Of a DNA stretch of 64,000 nt, positions 41,673 to 55,992 are shown piece after piece. The position numbers and the translations under genes were made by a program. The notes beneath the pieces were generated by a model. It ran no database searches, had not been told where the DNA came from, and worked only from the letters and a program-made list of their open reading frames with translations. Origin of the DNA: the human T2T-CHM13v2.0 reference genome, Homo sapiens. The stretch lies in assembly GCF_009914755.1 (NCBI RefSeq), contig NC_060947.1; one strand, written 5' to 3'. Every line of letters starts with the position of its first letter. Within the stretch, counting starts at the first letter, position 1.

Positions 41673-42718
41673 ATAGAGAAAGAGATGTATATTCAAGATA
41701 CATAGGTGATACACAGGCAAGTGAAAGATAAGGTGAAAAAAATTAAAAGAACCTACACTTAAAATTTTGTATAAACAAATAAGATTTTGCTACATTAGTT
41801 TTATTAGGTCATCCATATGTTATCCTATGATTTCCATTGTAATGAATTAAGAAATTTAAATATATCCTTAATGATTTTAAAATAAAGTTCCATTTTTATT
41901 AGAAGGAAATAGATGAGAATGTTAACAGTAGTTATATCTATATGGTAGCCTCAGAATTTTCTTTGCTTTCACGTTTACTTTTTTATTACAATGAGCATAT
42001 TATTTTTACAGTTAAAAAAAGTAATTAAGCTTTTCCCATGTATATAAAACACGTGCTAACAAACACTATAGCATACAAACTTAGTTTATGAAAATGGCAG
42101 TTAATAAGCCAGAAGTCTAAATTTCAGAAACATTTTTGAAGAACTGTATATCATTCTTAAGTCAACTTAGTAACTAGAATTGAGTTGCAAAGGGTGGCTT
42201 GGAGAAATTTTAAGTGGACAGCTTCCACAAAAATGCAAATAGCAATATGTAAACCTGTTGTCAAAAATGATGTATTTTCTATTCACTTAAGCAATGATTC
42301 CCCAATTTTTTTTTTAAGTTGGACTCTTACTTTTTAAAGGAAACTTTGTGAGTAACCTCCTAGGCTACTTTTATGTATAAACAATAAAAGTGGCTCTGGT
42401 CTGTTTGAAAGAGGTCCTGGTGACAAACCCAGCCCAACAGATCTGATCATTCCCTAAACTGCTTGGCCTCCAAGGTAACTTCTGAGGACTACTGGGAGCT
42501 AAGCAGTCTGAATATCATCAAGTTGATTCACCCTCTTCTCCAATCTTGTTTAGCCCCACAATCTCTTAAGCAAACACTCACATCTGTACACTTTCACACA
42601 GTAAATTTCAGTTCAGAGCTTGATCATTTGATCAAGCAGAATTGACATTGGGTACTTCAGTGAATGATGCTTGAATAAATGAAAGTCCTTAGTACTTTAG
42701 ACAGACAAGTCTACTTAC

Positions 42719-42914
42719 CATGTTTTTCTAGGTGCTGACAGCAGCTGTCCACCAGCCTAGGGACCTGTCTGTAAATAGGATTCAGACTGAGTTTCTTATC
42801 TCTGGCTTTTTCCTTTTTACTTTGAGCCTCAGCAGGCAAGGAAAGTTGTAAAGCTTCTAGTAGTCGAGACTGATTGTCATCAAGATCGGTGATAGAATCC
42901 ACTGACATGGCACC
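42719..42914 (-). CDS. ARHGAP6: ARHGAP6 coding exon 5 (196 nt): [19 protein letters not shown]...[15 protein letters not shown](G)
   Basis: Acceptor cacttgcag|GGTGCC and donor AACATG|gtaagt. Start of the RhoGAP domain; phase 0 to 1. Confidence 0.97.
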
Positions 42915-43334
42915 CTGCAAGTGACACAGAGCCGTGAACATAAAGTACAGATAGCCAAAAAACCCAGCTGCCCCCAGATGCTAACCAATACATACTTTTG
43001 CTCATGACTCTTTATCACACTTGAAATACTACTGCTTGATTTCTTTAATTGTTCTGTTTGTAAATTAAAAGAAAAAAGATGCCTTTTGAAAAAGTTAGAA
43101 AACCTCTACAAGATTTCCTCAAGCTAATGGCAGTTACAATTTCAACAATAGACAACATTTTCCAAATGGAAGAACAAGCGATGGGAAACATATAATTAAA
43201 GTATTTTGGCCCAACCACTTCATTTCTTGAAACAAGAAAAAAATTACATACTCAATCAATGAGGTAGTCAGAGAAGTCTTGTAAATAAAAAACTCAACTA
43301 TGGCTCTAGGAAGTATATTTTTAAAATAGAATGA

Positions 43335-43810
43335 TTCCACAAAACAGCCTTAGCTTAGTTTTCCCGAGAAACAACACAAAGTGCTTTATTAGAGAAGTGG
43401 TCCTGGGAAACACCTGTAGGGGAGGGGGGAAATGAGACAAGGAAGGAAAGGCAGCTGATGAAGGGAGCATTATCAAGCCTATTATCATTGTGGGCAACTG
43501 GAGCTCAATCTTTCTGGGGAGCTCTAGGAGACAGCTGTAGATCATGCACCTTAGAGCTATCCCTATCAAGTGAGAGAGCTGGGGTATTTATACACCAGGC
43601 CTCAGGAATCACTGCTTAAGGGTAGCCTCTGGTGGGGGCAGAGAGATAATATTATCTCCTAAGTACTTACAGCCTGCCATTTGGATAGGCTGGGTGCCTC
43701 TGGCATCAGAGAAAGCCCTCAGCAAATAAATAAGGTGTTGGCAGATGGAAGATGAGCTGGCATGCTAGGAATGGTAAAGGGTCAGGGAAAGGGAGCAGGG
43801 CACCAGTCGC
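43335..43810. mobile_element. Old ERVL-class solo LTR (subfamily uncertain)
   Basis: tttattagagaagtggtcctgggaaacacc...gtgggcaactggagctcaatc...agctggggtatttatacacc. Confidence 0.4.
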
Positions 43811-44246
43811 ATTTGCCGCACCCATACTTGATGAAGCACTGAGAAAGCAGTTGGCTAGCCAGGCCTGGACAGACGAGAGGGCATTTGGGAAAACCATTGC
43901 CTGAGTCCTACATTCCCAGAAAGCTAAAATTTAGAGTTTTAGTGTTATTGTTGTACGACAATACACAGTCTGAGACACAATGACAGAATTAGAAGAACAA
44001 TTCCATCATGCAACTTCAGGAATTCCATAATTTTGTAATTTCTTCATTTTTAAACATAGTCAATACTGCAAAAACAGCAATGGATCAGGTCCCCCTCTAC
44101 CTTGGACAAGCCCTAAATGTTAGGGGCTGATTGAAAAATGTTGGTTTTAAGTGGGAAGTGTCTGGGGTTTTAACTAGGGCAGTCTTCAACAGCTGGAGGT
44201 GGCAAAAATTTCAGGTCTCCACGTGACAGAGGAAAAAGGGAGAGAG

Positions 44247-44600
<354 letters not shown>

Positions 44601-45210
44601 TTATCAACTGACTCAGCCAATCACCAACCAGTTTGCATGAACAATTCAAATAATAGCACAGTACCTAGAACATAGTACTTAACAATTGGTACCATATAGT
44701 TAGAGTATTTGAAAGAGGATATATAGAGGATTCTATGGTTCTGTTTGAGAAAAAGAAATGCTCCATTGATAAAGAAAAAGCTCATTGTTTATGAAGACCC
44801 ACCGCCAATTCATTTGGCCAGGCATGTTCTCAGACTGGTGATGAAGAAAGTATTAATAGCTAAAACACCAGGCCCTGCCCTCGAGCCTCACAGTCTAGTG
44901 GGCAAGTATGGCAAGACTGACAGATTACAAGAGACCAGAATTAATGGTGATATTGCCGAATGTTTAGGAGAGCATGGAGCAAAGATGTGACAAAGGAGGG
45001 ACACCCAACAGCTTCAAGAGGAGTCAGGACAAGGTCTGAGGCTATGCAAGGTGCCACGTGCCCAGTGCACATTCTTCATTAATGGCATTGTTGACAGATA
45101 CCTGAACACCAACTACATATCCAGTTTTCACATGAACAAAAACGCAAAGAATAACTGTACATCTTCAGTTTTCCTAGCACTGGTGTCAGAGCAAATACTG
45201 GCCACCTCAC

Positions 45211-45467
45211 CCTCCTCCTAGCCCGAGGAGCCGGTTCCGGGGTGTTTGGGGACGTTGACTCATTCGGTGTTTCTGAGGTTGAGCTGAGAGATGAGTTACT
45301 GCTTGAGAGTTCTTTGTTTTGTCTTTTATTTCCAAATGGGAGGAGGGAAGCCACAAAGTCAGATGCATCTTTCTGCTCGTCCCTCTGCAAGTCCTGCTTG
45401 AGTTTATAGGCCCTGTCATTCGCAATGACTTGGGATAAGGGCATTCCAAATGCCTGTGGGATGAATT
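45211..45467 (-). CDS. ARHGAP6: ARHGAP6 coding exon 4 (257 nt): (E)[20 protein letters not shown]...[10 protein letters not shown]
   Basis: Acceptor tttttgattccag|AATTCA and donor AGGAGG|gtgagg; phase 1 to 0. Confidence 0.97.
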
Positions 45468-46943
45468 CTGGAATCAAAAAACAGACATTCACTTTCAGAG
45501 ACTGACTGGTCCAGTGAACACTCTCATTTATGTTTCAGACCTAAGTAAGAACAGACATATTCAAAGGAATGTTTTCTGAAGAATTGACTCATCAATCAAA
45601 AAGGTGACATTTGTGTTAATCAGAATGGCCCAAGTTTCCATTTCAATAAAGAAAACTAGTATTTATAAACACACATCTTAGACATTTAGGTCTCTAGTTT
45701 TTCTCCATGTTTCAAGTCTATCCATTCATTCAACAGGCATTTATTGAATGCCTACTACATGCCACAACAAGCTAGGCAATGGGAGGCGCAAAGCTTATAA
45801 AAGGTACAGTCCTTTCTCCTGAGGTGTTCAGAGTGTGGGTTGGGGTGAAGGAGTGGATAATCAGAAATGCAAATCATGATAACAGAGTGAGTATCAGGTG
45901 TTAGAGAGATGCATGAAACTAAGGCTGAAATTTAGTTAACTGAATACACTTTGAGGTTCCCAGTAAGAGTTAGCATGTGAAATGATAACCTGACAGGCAG
46001 AGGAGCAGCTTGGGAACTGGTTGGGAAGAAGTCCACTCTGTTTTCGTTGTGTTCCTCATCCCTACATTCTATTTCCAGCCAGCTATGTTGGGGCTGTCAC
46101 TCTCGTGATCTACACTCAAGCCATTCTACTGGCCACATGCAGAGTGGACTCAGCCACTAAATATCTGGTGGGAGGCCCAGGAAACAATTTGTTAAATCCT
46201 TTAGTAAGGAGAATTTGGGGAAAGGGGCATAGTGCAGAAATCAATGGCTTTATTTGGAGACATACATAGAGTTCCTTTCTGAATTTCTGTCGTAAATCTG
46301 TTTGTATACATGTACCTTGGATCCTTAGGGCCAGGAGTTTTATTGGCAATATTTTAGATTCATGCTGAAAGGCACTAAATAATGTAATCAAATGTATTAT
46401 TCTTTTTAGACTCCAAATTAGGTCTCCTAGCAGCAGTAAGTTGGAATCTAACCTCTCCATTGTTTTTATAAGCCCTATGAATGAAACTAAAATGATCAAG
46501 GGAAAATAATTCTAAGGTTGGTTGTTCTTTGAAAGAAAAAGCTAACATTAAATCAGGTAGAAAGAGACTTTAAAAGGTTTTCCTCCTTGATCCATGGCAA
46601 TATTTCAAACATCACTGGGCTAATGACCAAGTCTACATTAAAAGCAGAAATGCTACTTGAAAAGCCTGCACCTCTGGTTCTATCAAAGCATGCAATTTGT
46701 TTTGAAGTAAAAAAGTCAAAACTTTAGTATTTCGGGATTTTCAGAGGATGCTTGCCATTCTTTAGCAACAAGCTAGGTGATATATGGTAATAAAAAATAA
46801 TTAGGTACTTCTCCTTTGAGTGATCAATTTAGACAGTGTAGTGAGGTGTAATTCTCACTATTGATAATAGGCTGTGTCTACTACTAGCAAAATTAGAAAC
46901 CAAAGGGGATAGTACCAGACCTCCTGTTATGTACCCTGAGGAG

Positions 46944-47028
46944 ATATATATATATATATATATATACATATATCTATATAGATATATCTCTATATATACA
47001 CATACATACACACACACACATACATATA
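46944..47028. repeat. (TA)n/(CA)n compound microsatellite
   Basis: Direct reading. Confidence 0.9.
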
Positions 47029-47594
47029 ATCTTGTCTGTAGAAATGATCAAATATTACTTTTAAAAGGTTGGAAGAGTCTGGAAACATGTGGATGGTAAG
47101 GCTGACAGCTACATGAAATAACAGAAACAGAGGGGATAATAAGAGTGAAAAGAACATTGATAAATGTAGCAAGTGACATGTCTGCTCAGGTGGGCATATG
47201 CATGGCAGGGATTTACTATAAGATAGGGACTACTGAGCCCTTTCCCAGTCATTTTTTTCCATCTAAGGAAAACCAACCAGACTCGTTTAGAGACTTCTTA
47301 TACCTCTGGGGCAGATCTTCCCCACCAGCAAATAATTCTGCCTCCTGTTTCAGGAGAAGAGCAACCAGCAGGTGCAAAGGCTCCAACTCTTCACACCTGC
47401 TGTACCTGTGCCCTCCACCACCCTCCTTTGCATGAGATGTAGGTGTGACTTGGCATCCTGCCAGCCTTTCTGCCTCTCCCTGGTTCCCATGCTTTCCCAC
47501 CTGCCATTCAACTATGGATAACTTTAAACCATGGATAATGGTGTACTGCACTCAAGAGCTCAAAAAAATTATCCTAATACTCTTAGGTATAAAT

Positions 47595-47939
47595 AGCGTT
47601 CAGCAATTTTCTGTAAAGGGCCAGATAGTAAATATTTTAGGCTTTGTGGATACGGCTGGGGCTTAGAATGGCTAGGATGCAAAATGATAAGGTGCTCGCA
47701 TTCAGCGTGGGGCAAGTGCAGAGTCAGCATGCAGACTTGGCATTTCTTTCAATTCTGTAGCCTAGGGGCTCAATTTGTCTCACTCCAGCCTCCGCACTGT
47801 TGGCAGGTTGCAGTCTTTGTAGCAGCTACTCGACCTGCCAGTTTAGCAGGAAAGCAGCCACAGACAGTAAGTAAATGAATAGGCATGGCTGTGTTCTAGT
47901 AAAGCTTTATTTACAAAGACGGCTGGTGGGCCACCCCTG
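47595..47939 (+). mobile_element. MER58A hAT-Charlie MITE interrupted by a MER91-like element (about 47651-47799)
   Basis: MER58A halves ttttctgtaaagggccagatagtaaatattttaggctttg and aaagcagccacagac...ggcatggctgtgttctagtaaagctttatttacaaa. The insert has a gcaagtgcagagtcagc core and ends tgtctcactccagcc. Confidence 0.7.
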
Positions 47940-48169
47940 CTATAAATTACATCTTCTTGTGCCTGTATCTTCAACCTCTTTTTTTCTACTAGATATTTTG
48001 TACTAAATTTATTCAAGCAGCTATTTCTTAAAAAAATAAACAACCTTCGACCCACTCTTTTCTTTTCTCCATGGTTTACCCCCTCTCCTTTTGCCACAGT
48101 TAAAATTGTCTAAAGTGTTCCCTTTACTTTCTAGCTTATAACTTTCTCACCTACCACTCTTTCCTCACT

Positions 48170-48930
48170 TCATCCCGTCTAGCTGGTACCTCCATTAGAT
48201 TCTAAAGCAGCTCCCTCTAAATCATTGCTGTCTTCAGGGTCATTAAATTCAGTGTTTTTGACAGCTCTGTTTCATTTGCCCTTCTGTCAGCCTTTAACCC
48301 TGATCGCCATTTCCTGAAATGCTCCCTGTCCTTTGCATCCTGGATATACTAACTGGGTTTTTCTCTACCTCTCTGGCTACATTCTTGCCCCTTTTTCTGG
48401 CTTATCATCTTCTACCTGGGTTTTCAATGTGGAAGGTCCTCAGAGCTCAATCTTAACCATCCTCATCACTCTGGTCTCTCTCTGTAAGTGACAGCACGAT
48501 GCCCGTAACTTAAACTTCCATCCATAGATATTTCACACCTCATTGCTACCTCTAGCTCAGACCCCTTCCTTGAGCACCAACCACTTCTTCCACCTTCATA
48601 TCTGGATGTCCCAAAGGCATTTCTTATTCTTCATCTTCCCTTATCAGGTCTTACTCAGATTTCCAAAAGTTTGCCTGTTCTTCATGTGGGAGAACCAGAA
48701 ATCTGAGAGTCATCCTTGATACTTCATTCCTTCTTACATCTCATTTTCACTCCGTCATCAAATCTTTATCATGTCACTTTCACATTATCTCTTTTTTCCA
48801 TTTACTTCTCTCCACTTCCACGATCACTCCCACCCTAGCCTAAGGTACCATTATCTTTCTCCTGAACTTCCAAATCAGAAGTCATGCTGTGGCCCAGTAC
48901 TGTGTGAGCTGGCCCCTTCCTAACCTTCTC
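48170..48930 (+). mobile_element. L2 LINE fragment
   Basis: Pyrimidine-rich L2-like text (catatctggatgtcccaaaggcat, ccagaaatctgagagtcatccttgatac). Confidence 0.55.
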
Positions 48931-51040
48931 AGAAACCACACACTCCCTGGTTCTTTCTTCTCTTCTTATCCTAGAAGTACTAGCACTCAATGACAACATT
49001 CAATATATGTTCTTTGAGAATTTCTACATAGTGATAACTGATAACTTGATTATTCTGCTATTTAATGTGGAGCAAAATTAAAAGTTGTATGAGCTATTTG
49101 TATATAGTGTTACTTCACAGCTCACATACAGTTACATACCTAGACAGTGAGGAAAAGAAAACATGATACAATATGCTTTCACCAAAAAGAACAGTGCCAG
49201 AATTGAACTCTTTCCAGATTGTATGTAGATACATATATGGCATAATCTGAAAATGTCCTGGCAGGGGTTGTGGGGGGTACAATCTCCCAGAGTTACATCA
49301 TAGTAAAACCTATTCCCCATGTGCTCAGTTTAGGAAGCACATTAATAAAACAAAGTAGCTATTTTTAAAATTACTTAATTTTAAAATTACTTTTGACACA
49401 GAAATTTTCTGAAGTTCTGAAAGTTTTAAAAACACTTTTGGTTGCCAAGAAATATAACTAAGAGAAATTAAGGACTTGGAATTATTCTGTATGAAAATAT
49501 GTTTTCTGATCAGTGTCAATCTTGAATTAGTTCCCATATGTAAATCAAAAGTCACATGGGCACTGCCTAAGTGGCATGAGGAACATAGGAGTGTCACAAG
49601 ATCTGCTGTATATCAAGGCAATTAAATAACATACAGGATATGATTCATTCTGATGAAATCAATTAATATGGTAGCATATCAACCATTTATGAATCACTAT
49701 TGGGAGAGCAATTCGATTCTAAAAGGCTGCTTCTATTTATTTTTAGATGACCTAACTCAAGAGATCATTTAGAGTTTCCTGTTTTCCTTCTTTTACTCTT
49801 GGATTCAAATGATCGTTTTTCACATGTGCAGCTGTTACAAATCCAAATGCTAATACGCAACTGGAAGGAAATAATGTGAATAGATTACATCTGTGCCAGA
49901 CCGGCACCCCGTCCTCCTCACACCCTGGTTCCCAGGATATCCATGTAATGACTCTCAGTGTTGACATGGACAGGGCTTTATGTTCTGAAAAGATGCCATG
50001 TAATTAACCTTCACTTAAGCCTAGGTTAGTTTGTTTTTAAACATTAAAGCTACTTAAAATTTTTTTGTTTTGTTTTGCCATGAAGCCTGATATTTCTCCC
50101 CTTAGTTGGGTGGGTGATATGTCTTTTCTTTGGAACCACCAGGATCTGCCTTCCTTTTCCCACTTAGCTACCTTCGAGGCACTATAGAACATTTCAGAGT
50201 TTTCACTGAGCCTATGTAAATATGATTTAGTTTAAAAAATCTATAATGGCCCAGTATGTATTGTTCGATTACTTCCCTAGCCCTTCCTTCCATGTTAATT
50301 CAAATTCTTGCTTCCTGCTGCTTTGTATATATAATACATGCAAGCTAACATACATCTCCTTCTGTTGAGGGAACATCTCATCATTCTGTTGAGGGAACCT
50401 CCTGCAAAAATGCTCATTCTGCTTAGTCTAGCCAAATGGACACTTTCTGAAAAATCACCTAAAGTCCACATTAGATGTATTTGAATCCCAATATCAATAT
50501 CATCATCCTAGAATAAACCAAGTTTAAAAGAGAATACATTACTAATACCAACCTGAGTGATCCCTTTAATATGCTCTATACATATGGAAAATTGCTCTAA
50601 TCTGGAGACATAAAAGTGCTCTACTGCAGGAATAGAATGAGCAAAAACTCTAGTTTAAAAGAGCAATGCTGGCTATTAATATTTAGGTCATTACAAAAAT
50701 AAGGGCACAAACATATCAACAATTAAATATAACACAATTTATCAGACTATAATAGCTAGCTGGACAACCCTTAGCCCTCATTATTCCAGCAGCAGATTCT
50801 GCTGTGACAGAATGTGGCCTGGTGAGTATCCTAGTTAATATGGATCAAAATTCTTATCTAGAAGTTGCACTTTAGACGCTCTTAAAAACACCCATGCCTG
50901 AGGTATCCCTGAAGAACACGAACTCAGACTCCCTGGGGTGTGGGTCTTGGACTTCTTAAAGGTTCCACAAGTGATTCTATTGTGTAGTCAGGGGTGCGGA
51001 TCACTGACACTTTCACCTTCTTTTTTCCAATTTGAGATAA

Positions 51041-51203
51041 ACATTTGAAATGTCTGAAGATATTTGGGTTGAGGGTGGTGTCACTGGCATCTAATGAGTA
51101 GAGGCCAGGGATGCTGCTAAACATCTCACAATACACAGGACAGCCCCTACCCCAGATAATTATCCAGTCTAAAATGACAACAGTAGCAAGGTTGAGTAAC
51201 CTC
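51041..51203 (+). mobile_element. MER20 MITE, partial
   Basis: actggcatctaatgagtagaggccagggatgctgctaaacatctcacaatacacaggacagcccc...aaggttgagtaacc. Confidence 0.85.
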
Positions 51204-51460
51204 ACTCCAAAGGAAGTAAAACAATGGTTTTCCATTCTTTAGAATTCTTCACCTTTTTTTAGTCTAAAGAACCAAATGTCATGACTGTTCAAGATATAGG
51301 TGTAGAGACTGAGATCAATGGTATGGAATAGCTCTTGTCCAATACTGATCCCAATGCATGTTTTAATACCCTTGGTTTCATCGCCTTCCATTACTTTTAA
51401 AGCAGAAATTCTATCATTATATAAAAGGACTCCAAGATGAGATGTGTATGGCTGTTCTCA

Positions 51461-51880
<420 letters not shown>

Positions 51881-52069
51881 TCAGGTGTCCATTATGTGAG
51901 CTTGAATATCAGTTTTAAATGACCATAAATACCTCAGAGAGTGGCTAAAGTTTTAGTTTCCTAAATATATGCACAAGGGGACACAAAACAGTAAGATGAG
52001 AGTAAACAATTCCCAAAACATATGAAGCAAAAGATGAGTATACTGTGATCTAACATAAAAATGCTGAGA

Positions 52070-52313
52070 ATTCACTTACAAGTGGGAGCTAAACATGTTC
52101 ATATGGACACAAAGAAGGGAACAAGACACACTGGAGCCTACTTGAGGGTGGAGGGTGGGAGGAAAGTGAGAATTGAAAAACCACTTATTGGGTACTATGG
52201 TGCTTACCTGGGTGATGAAATAATCTGTACAACAAACTCTTGCAACACACAATTTACCTATATAAGAAACATGCACATGTACCCTTGAACCTAAAACAAG
52301 AGTTAAAAAAAAA
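52070..52313 (+). mobile_element. L1 3' UTR fragment (L1PA15/16-like)
   Basis: tcacttacaagtgggagctaaac...ggagcctacttgagggtggagggtgggagg...ctgggtgatgaaataatctgtacaacaaac...gcacatgtacccttgaacctaaaa. Confidence 0.85.
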
Positions 52314-52318
52314 TACTA

Positions 52319-52762
<444 letters not shown>

Positions 52763-53410
52763 TTAGGGGGTGGTAGGGTGGGCATTGGGTGAGTTTCAGG
52801 CCTTTGATAGAGCATCATCATTGTCAATGATTCTTAAAGGGCTCTGTGACCCCCAAAATATTAAGGGCATTTGCTTTAACCTATCTTGGCTGAGGCAATG
52901 TAACAAAGTAAAATGTAAGCATTCAGGTTAGTTGCAAATAAATATTTTTCAACTGGGTGAAAAAAAAAATGCTGAGAATGGCCTATCTTCAGTAACCCAT
53001 GAGGATGAGACTGTTTCTTTCCAGTAGTGGTGGTAGGTGAATTCAAACTCTCATTAAACTAACCCTGCCTGTCTGGATTTGCCAGACAGCTGGTTAGCAT
53101 TAGAGATGCTCTCCATAGCTTCTCAACCCAGGTCCTCTTTATGTATAGCTGATTGGTCAAAATAATAATTGGAACCACAAACTTGGCCGAGGTCACACTC
53201 TCCTCAAACCAGCTGAATTCATCAGTTCAGTACAGGGCTGCTCAAACACAGAAGAGTAGACCAAAACAGCCCTTAATGACATTCCACTGTAGAAATCCAG
53301 TTTTCATAACAGAGTTGAACCACGTATATCTATGCAATTCAATAACCCCACCAAATTTAACCATTATGCTCCATGGAAGATGCATTTACATTGGGTACTT
53401 TACCCTTTAC

Positions 53411-53482
53411 CTTTGTCTTTGTTTTTCTCCTTTCCTAGTGAATCCAGTTTCTTTCTTAAAGATTTCTTTCTCTTTTGTCCAT
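53411..53482 (-). CDS. ARHGAP6: ARHGAP6 coding exon 3 (72 nt): (D)[23 protein letters not shown](E)
   Basis: Read by hand. Acceptor atatttacag|ATGGAC and donor ACAAAG|gtaaag. Phase 1-1, joins exon 4 in frame. Confidence 0.94.
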
Positions 53483-55783
53483 CTGTAAATATTAAAAGGA
53501 GAAGTTATAAAGATAAACATATAAGTGATATTTTACAGTATCGATAATTACATTTGAGCAAAAGCATGGCTTTTCTCTTACTTCACTTATAATTTGACAT
53601 TTTAAGCAGAGTAACAGCTCTGAGAATACATGAAAATCCTGACTTGGATACCACATATTACCAGAATTTTGGTGTATATTCTTGAATTTCCTTTCAGTCA
53701 TGGAATGATAGGAAACTTACCTCATTTGGAAGTAATTTAGCTTTGACATTTAGATAGGTTTAATTTTACTATTATCTAAGTCTCTTCCTCTTCTCTGTGG
53801 TTACATAACTTAATGTTCATCTTGAACCTAATCTCCATGAGAAGAGAATCAACAGCATGTATAGCTTTGACATTTACGAGCTAGGAGAGTATAACTGGAT
53901 AAGAAAATGGATTTGGAGGTCCATAGAACTTAGGTCTAACTATTGCTGCACAATTTACTATGTGACTTTGGACAAGTCTTTGTGTCCTCATTTATAAAAT
54001 GGGAATATCACAAGGTTGTTGTGAGAATTAAATGAAACAACACATATAAAGCTCTTCATAGGGAGTCTAACACAGTTCAGGCTACTTTCTTTGTGGGGAG
54101 TTCCATGGTATAGCTATACTGCAATTTAGTTAACCATTCCTCCATTGATGAACATTTTGGTTGTTTCTTACTGTTTACTATAATAAGTCAGAAATACATT
54201 CTTTTACAGTCTAGTATTTGCAACAAATGTACTTAATGTGTCTGCTTAACTCACCAAATAATAAAGATACCACTTATATCAGTGGGCAGCTGCAATCAAA
54301 TTCTTGGGCTGTCATCATAAAATATTGGCATTCATCATTGCCAGAATGCGTTTTGAGGTTATGCAGCTGTCAACTTAGCATGTGGGAGGTGCAAATTCAG
54401 AATCCACACTGTGATCAAATAGGGGACATGCAGACCATGCCACAAGGAAACATATGGTGAAAAAAATGATTAAGAATTGTTTGTACAGGACACACTAAAA
54501 ATGTAAAGAAAGAGATTCAGCCCAATACATTTAAAAGCAAGACTATAATATCAGGATAAAACAGAGTAAGCATTATGAAACAGAAATGAGCATTCCTGGT
54601 ATCCTCACAGAGTTACAGATGTCCCCCACTCCTCATTTTTGGAAGGAAAAAGAACATCACAATATAATCAACAGGCACATTCAATCCTTCCTTCTTTTCA
54701 AAGATTTCAAAAATGACTCTCCTGCCACCAAAAGAAAATAGTTCATAAGAATCTTCACTCTTGTAGTCACGCAATTTGTATTGGGGAAATTATGTAAATC
54801 AGTTTTAATGTAATGTAATTGATGGCAACAGCCGTCAATCTCTCCCATTATGTATGTGTTCATAGATATGAACAACATCTAAAAGATGATCTACTAGGGC
54901 CTGTCATGACTTATTACACAGACCATAAACATGCTAACTGTACAAGATTCTAATCTGTTCTCCAATTAGGCCTTACAGGTCTTTTACTCTGTAACACTTT
55001 GTTCATAGCTAGTTCATATCTCAAATGTATTTGGCAGTAACAAAAATTCTTTCATTTCAATAGTTGACCCAGCAGAATAACTAAACCATCTATTAAAGCT
55101 TAAAAGATTTGATTTTTCATAACCAATGGGCAGATCCTAAAATTCAAACAAGTTGCCAAAAGTCAGAATACATACCAGATAGAGGACATTATTTTTAAAA
55201 GATAAAATGATTCTTAAATACTTAAAACTTATGTATTCTATGTAGATGTGTATAAATACAAATGTTCTGTCTAAGTAATAATCGTAAGTCCAACTCCAAC
55301 ATATCTAATAGCCAAGTTAAGCCAAGTTAAGACGTAGACTATTGCTAGTACCTGAGAAACTACCTGTATGCTTCCCTCCTCCTAGCCCCAGATAATTACT
55401 AGTCTGACTTTTGCAATGATCAATTATCAGATTTTATTCATAGTTTTACCATCTGTTCATGCATTTGTAAAGAATATGATTTTGTTTTTCCTGTTTTGGG
55501 ATGCATACAGATGGAATCACATTATGGATACTGTTTCTTGCCTTGTTTATTTTGTTCACCAACACTTCATGAGATTCATCCTGTTGAAGCAGGTAGCTGT
55601 AGATCATTCCTTTTGATTGCTATATAGTAGGGGTTTTTGGTATGAATATACCACAGTTCATTTCCTCATTGAACTGTTGATGGTATTTGAGTTGTTTCTA
55701 GCTTGGGGTTATTAGGAACAATGTTTTTGAAAGATTTTGCTCATGTCTTCTTATGAGCGTGTATGTACACAAGTCTCCCTGAG

Positions 55784-55992
55784 ACGGTGGTTCTTAAAAT
55801 GTAGTTCTGGGACCAGCAGCATCAGTATCGCCTGGGAACCTGCTAGAGGTACAAACTCTCTATGGTCCCACTCCAGATATGCTAAATCTGGAACTCTGGG
55901 GTGTCACCCAGCAATGTGTGTTTGAACACACCCTTCAGGGGATTATGGTGCACATTAAAGTCTGGTTCACATTAAAGTCTGGAACCACCACT
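55784..55992. mobile_element. MER5A MITE inside an old L1M 3' fragment
   Basis: ggtggttcttaaaatgtagttctgggaccagcagcatcagtatcgcctgggaacctgctag... Contains a tandem duplication of cacattaaagtctgg. Confidence 0.7.

Noticed and set aside
45454-45467. Second AG (cccacag) 14 nt inside exon 4
   Set aside because: Its use would shift the frame, and the upstream acceptor already gives the correct phase.
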